A DNA stretch of 64,000 nucleotides, taken from NCBI GenBank assembly GCA_964187785.1, contig OZ076409.1:3970001-4034000 (forward strand). The letters are read 5' to 3'. The stretch is from Amphiscolops sp. MND2022. Its lineage: Eukaryota. This document shows positions 60,372 to 64,000 of this stretch, piece by piece (the stretch's first letter is position 1; the number at the start of each line of letters is the position of its first letter). A program made the position numbers and the translations under genes. Under the pieces are notes generated by a model. It had not been told where the DNA came from, did not search any database, and was given only the letters and a program-made list of their open reading frames with translations.

Positions 60372-61140
60372 ATGCTCTATTTTCCTATGCTTTTGGCGAA
60401 CTTACATTAGATGGCCTTGTTGACACAGGCGCCCTATCTAGCACAATCCCCGAAGCTGATATACGTAAAATCCGATTACTAGCCCCTCAGTCAATTGTCA
60501 AAGAGGGCCCGGCGCCGAACTTCTAAATAATGGTAGCAAATGGGCAGCTGGAAACTCCGAAGAGTACTGTCGAACTCAAATTTGAGGTCGGCGAGATAGA
60601 ATTTTATGAAATCTTCATTGTAATGGAGAAATTGACGAGTCCGTTGGTCGGCCTTTCGTTCCTACAACGAAACAACACCATATAGGACATGAGACAAGGA
60701 GTCTTCAATTTCCCGTTCTTCTCCATGCAATTGAAGACAGAGGATCACAAGCACACCAACGTCATGGAGCCTATATGTACGCGGAAGGACATTACTATTC
60801 CTCCTAACGATAGGCTGTTAGTCACCTTAATCTCCCAAATGTACGTTGACACCGCTGTTACGGGAAATCTTCAGCCGAGCAACACAATCACTGGAGATGG
60901 TGATATTGCCTTTTGTGCGGCATTGGTCACATTGACCACCGGTCAAGTTGAAATTTACCTCAATAACTTCACTGACCACCCTTATACTCTCAAGAGAGGT
61001 TCGCATGTCGCTAATTTCTCTGTCATGACCCCAGTAAAGACGAAATATGTCAAACCTATTGACACGGTGACCACATGGCACCTACTACAAAACAATCATG
61101 AAAGCGCTGCCTTTTACGTTAGCAGCTTGATCAAATGTTC
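60372..61140 (+). pseudogene. Aspartic protease plus dUTPase-like spacer domain
   Basis: LDGLVDTGALSS near 60410-60440, stop at 60524; DITIPPN...IYLNNFTDHPYTLKRGSHVA. Confidence 0.8.
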
Positions 61141-61331
61141 TAGACAGAACATTTCCATGAGAATATTGGTTCCCAACACCGGAAGATCCCGGGGATCCGC
61201 AACAACATACACCTATACAAAAACGTATTTTGACAGAGCAACAAAATCTTCAGGAGTTCGAAAAACTCAATCGTCAGGATGACCCTGAGTCTAGACAACA
61301 ATTCCTGACCAACTTTGATTGAATTGATTCT

Positions 61332-63077
61332 ATGCTGCAACCGGAAGAAGTTGCAAAAATTGAAGACTTGCTAGTTGAATTCTATGACATATTCGCTCTG
61401 CACCGATTTGACATAGGGATGAATGAGGAATTCAAGGTTAAATTAACCCCCAAAGATGATTCCCTGGCCTATAGACAAAGTCTACCAACACCTATTAATC
61501 TCAAGGAAAATATCCTTGTCGAATTGGCACTTTTACAACGATACGGGATAATAACAACCCTCCCATTCTCTAAGTACGCTAGCCCGATCTTTGCCCAAAA
61601 GAAACCTAATGGCAAATTACGATTACTCGTTGACCTCCGCAAAATCAAGAATCTCATTTCTGACGACTACATCAACAACAACGATCCCGTCAGTACGCTT
61701 ACCGATGCAGCTCAACACATGGCAGGCAAAAAGCTATTTTGCAAATTGGATTGTTCGCAAGCATATCACTGCCTGCAAATGGCGGACCAGAGGTCCATTG
61801 AAATGTTAGCATTTAATTTCGCCAGCCGAACGTTTGCATACCGCCAATTAGCACAAGGATTGAGCCGTGCCCTATCAGCCTTCTCAAGCTTTATGCGCGA
61901 ATACCTTGACAAAGTAATCAAGGCTGATCAATGTGCCCAATATGTCGATAATATCGGCATCGCAGCAAATGATGCCGCACAACTCATAAAAAACCTACGG
62001 GCTACCTTCCAATGTATCCGAGTGGCAGGATTGAAGCTCACAATGCACAAATGTCATTTTGGTGCAAAGGAAATCGACTTCCTAGGCAGGACAATCACTC
62101 CAGTCGATGTACGTCCGCAACGACCTCGAGTCCAAAATTTTCTTGAAAACACAAAATTCACAAAATCCAAGAAAGCATTACAAAGATACCTGGGAGTTCT
62201 CAACTATTATAGGAATTATTTTCCCAGGCTTTCAGAAAAGTTAACACCATTCTTTAAACTGTTAAAAAACGATGAACAAATACTGGTGACACCGGACCTG
62301 TTGGAAAAATTTACCGACATCAAGAAAACCCTTGACCGATGTTGTGAATTAGCACTCAAACAGCCGCTACCAAACGAACAAATTGACCTCATGACCGATG
62401 CCAGCTTCATGGCCGCTGGGTACGCAGTCCTAATTGAAGATGATCCACAAGAGAAATATACTTCAACGAGAAAGGCGTTTGCTCCGGTGGCTTATGGTTC
62501 AAAGACCTTCAGTCCCGCACAGTTGAAAATGTCAATCTATGCGAAAGAATTCTTAGCAATATTCTTTTCTTTCAAGGAATTTGTACATATATTCTGGGGG
62601 ACGCCTAAACTGGTAATAATAATGACCGATAACAAATCGGTCACGCGTTTCTTTCAAACAAAGGTCATTCCAGCAACACTCTGGAACGCGTGCGAATACG
62701 TCACTCAATTCAACTTCATCATTGCACACATTCCCGACAAAAATAACACGGCGGCTGATTACTTATCGCGTTTAGAAATTTCACCGAAAGAAAAATTAAT
62801 CCTTCGCATTAGAGAAGATATCCCCGCAACCCCAAGTGAACTTCATGTCCGATCCGCGGGGATCACAGAAGAAGGACAAATCTTCTATACTGAAGATGAT
62901 GATGAAACAGAAGAACAAATCTGGCAACGAAAGGAACAAGCCCGAGATAACCTTAGAAACGACTTGCCAAATATTTCTTTCGAAAAATTCACCACCCATA
63001 ACAGCAAATACCAACACCTATCAATTTGTCAAAAAACTAATCAATATCAATTCAGTGGCTATAGAGCAAAAATTTGA
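61332..63077 (+). CDS. Reverse transcriptase plus RNase H, probably inactive
   Basis: YASPIF..KKPNGKLRLLVDLR, LDCSQAYH, LAQGL, YVDN (YxDD mutated), TDAS, KEFLA, TDNK, ADYLSR. Confidence 0.95.
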   Translation: MLQPEEVAKIEDLLVEFYDIFALHRFDIGMNEEFKVKLTPKDDSLAYRQSLPTPINLKENILVELALLQRYGIITTLPFSKYASPIFAQKKPNGKLRLLVDLRKIKNLISDDYINNNDPVSTLTDAAQHMAGKKLFCKLDCSQAYHCLQMADQRSIEMLAFNFASRTFAYRQLAQGLSRALSAFSSFMREYLDKVIKADQCAQYVDNIGIAANDAAQLIKNLRATFQCIRVAGLKLTMHKCHFGAKEIDFLGRTITPVDVRPQRPRVQNFLENTKFTKSKKALQRYLGVLNYYRNYFPRLSEKLTPFFKLLKNDEQILVTPDLLEKFTDIKKTLDRCCELALKQPLPNEQIDLMTDASFMAAGYAVLIEDDPQEKYTSTRKAFAPVAYGSKTFSPAQLKMSIYAKEFLAIFFSFKEFVHIFWGTPKLVIIMTDNKSVTRFFQTKVIPATLWNACEYVTQFNFIIAHIPDKNNTAADYLSRLEISPKEKLILRIREDIPATPSELHVRSAGITEEGQIFYTEDDDETEEQIWQRKEQARDNLRNDLPNISFEKFTTHNSKYQHLSICQKTNQYQFSGYRAKI

Positions 63078-63199
63078 CGTGATTTTCCAGCAACCTAAAC
63101 TTAAAATTCAGAAGGAAAAGTACTCCGAAACGATCCTGTTACAAGACATAAGATACCAACATTACCTACGTCAACTAGACCGGATGTCCATTCAAGGGG

Positions 63200-64000
63200 A
63201 AATTATCACCAGACAGTACTATGACGAAACGGGAAATGCCAAATACAATCAAGTACTACTGCCAAAACACCTGGTGACTGAATTACTTGAACTTCTCCAC
63301 GGGACGGCAAATCGACATCCGGGCATTGCCAAATTGTTACTTACAAGAAATGAGATCCAAATATTACTACCCCGGAATAGCAATACTTGTCCGCAAATGG
63401 GTAAATGGATGTGAAACTTGCATCAAGGACCAAAGAATTAGCAACGACCAAATAACTCCTGAATTACTCAATCTCCCGGAGTGGACCTTGGGTCTAGAAG
63501 ACGCAATGCAAAAAGACCTTTTACCAAACCTTCCACTAAGCGGGGGATACGAAAACATCTTTACCGCTATAGACGTTTTCTCGCGTTACCTTTTCGCCTA
63601 CCCAGTCACAGAAGCTTCAGCGCCAAATACGGCCAAGGTCAATTTTAACATCATGGCCAAACACACTTACTTGCCAACGACCTTGATTACTGATAAAGGA
63701 TCAGCCTTCACGTCAAAGTTAGTTGCTGAAATTGCACTAATATTGGGCATTCAAATCAGGTGCGCGACGACAAAACGCCCTCAGACTATAGGGAAACTTG
63801 CACGAACGCATGCTAGTTCCAAACAAAATCTCAAAATGGACTCAGGGGATTACAGACGACAGTGGCACAAGTATCTGCCCCTGGTAGTTCTAAATTATAA
63901 CACGTCTTACCATTCGACGTTGGGCTGTGAGCCTTCAAGTATATTTCATGGCCGCATTCCATACAATATTTTAGACCACAAATTGGGGCTCAACCCCAAT
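63200..64000 (+). pseudogene. Gypsy integrase (HHCC plus DDE core), frameshifted
   Basis: LHG...HPG...CETC; DLLP; IDVFSRYLFAYP; TDKGSAF; YNTSYH. Confidence 0.9.

Larger units (their letters stand above)
58080..64000 (+). mobile_element. Ty3/Gypsy LTR retrotransposon, decayed, truncated by the window end
   Basis: Domain order gag-PR-RT-RNaseH-IN. Confidence 0.95.

Overview
Eukaryotic (probably metazoan; species not identifiable from sequence alone) AT-rich region made almost entirely of mobile elements, with no convincing host gene. Left to right: (i) the right end of a Polinton/Maverick-type element (ends ...ATCGGGATTTCCCACACTACT at 925); (ii) a decayed Penelope-like remnant apparently split by a ~13 kb minus-strand Helentron (PHD-Rep-PIF1 helicase-AP endonuclease, plus RPA-like and SGNH-like remnants; ~4590-17652); (iii) a rearranged, decayed Polinton A (~21596-38841) with a 3.6 kb inverted duplication, an assembly gap and a palindrome-rich insert carrying a Copia fragment; (iv) a structurally complete 15,126 bp Polinton/adintovirus B (38914-54039) with ~0.8 kb TIRs, AGTAGT termini, a 6 bp TSD (TAGTAT) and the full virion gene set, but with stops and frameshifts; (v) a hAT remnant and a Gypsy LTR retrotransposon running off the right end. 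Best candidates for novelty: a conserved, apparently co-varying ~110-120 nt A-box-containing structured element about 0.5 kb inside the termini of two divergent Polintons (a candidate VA-RNA-like ncRNA), and many GC-rich GNA mini-hairpin (GCGAAGC-type) micro-insertions lying in frame within Polinton genes. All calls come from visual motif recognition; no database searches were run.
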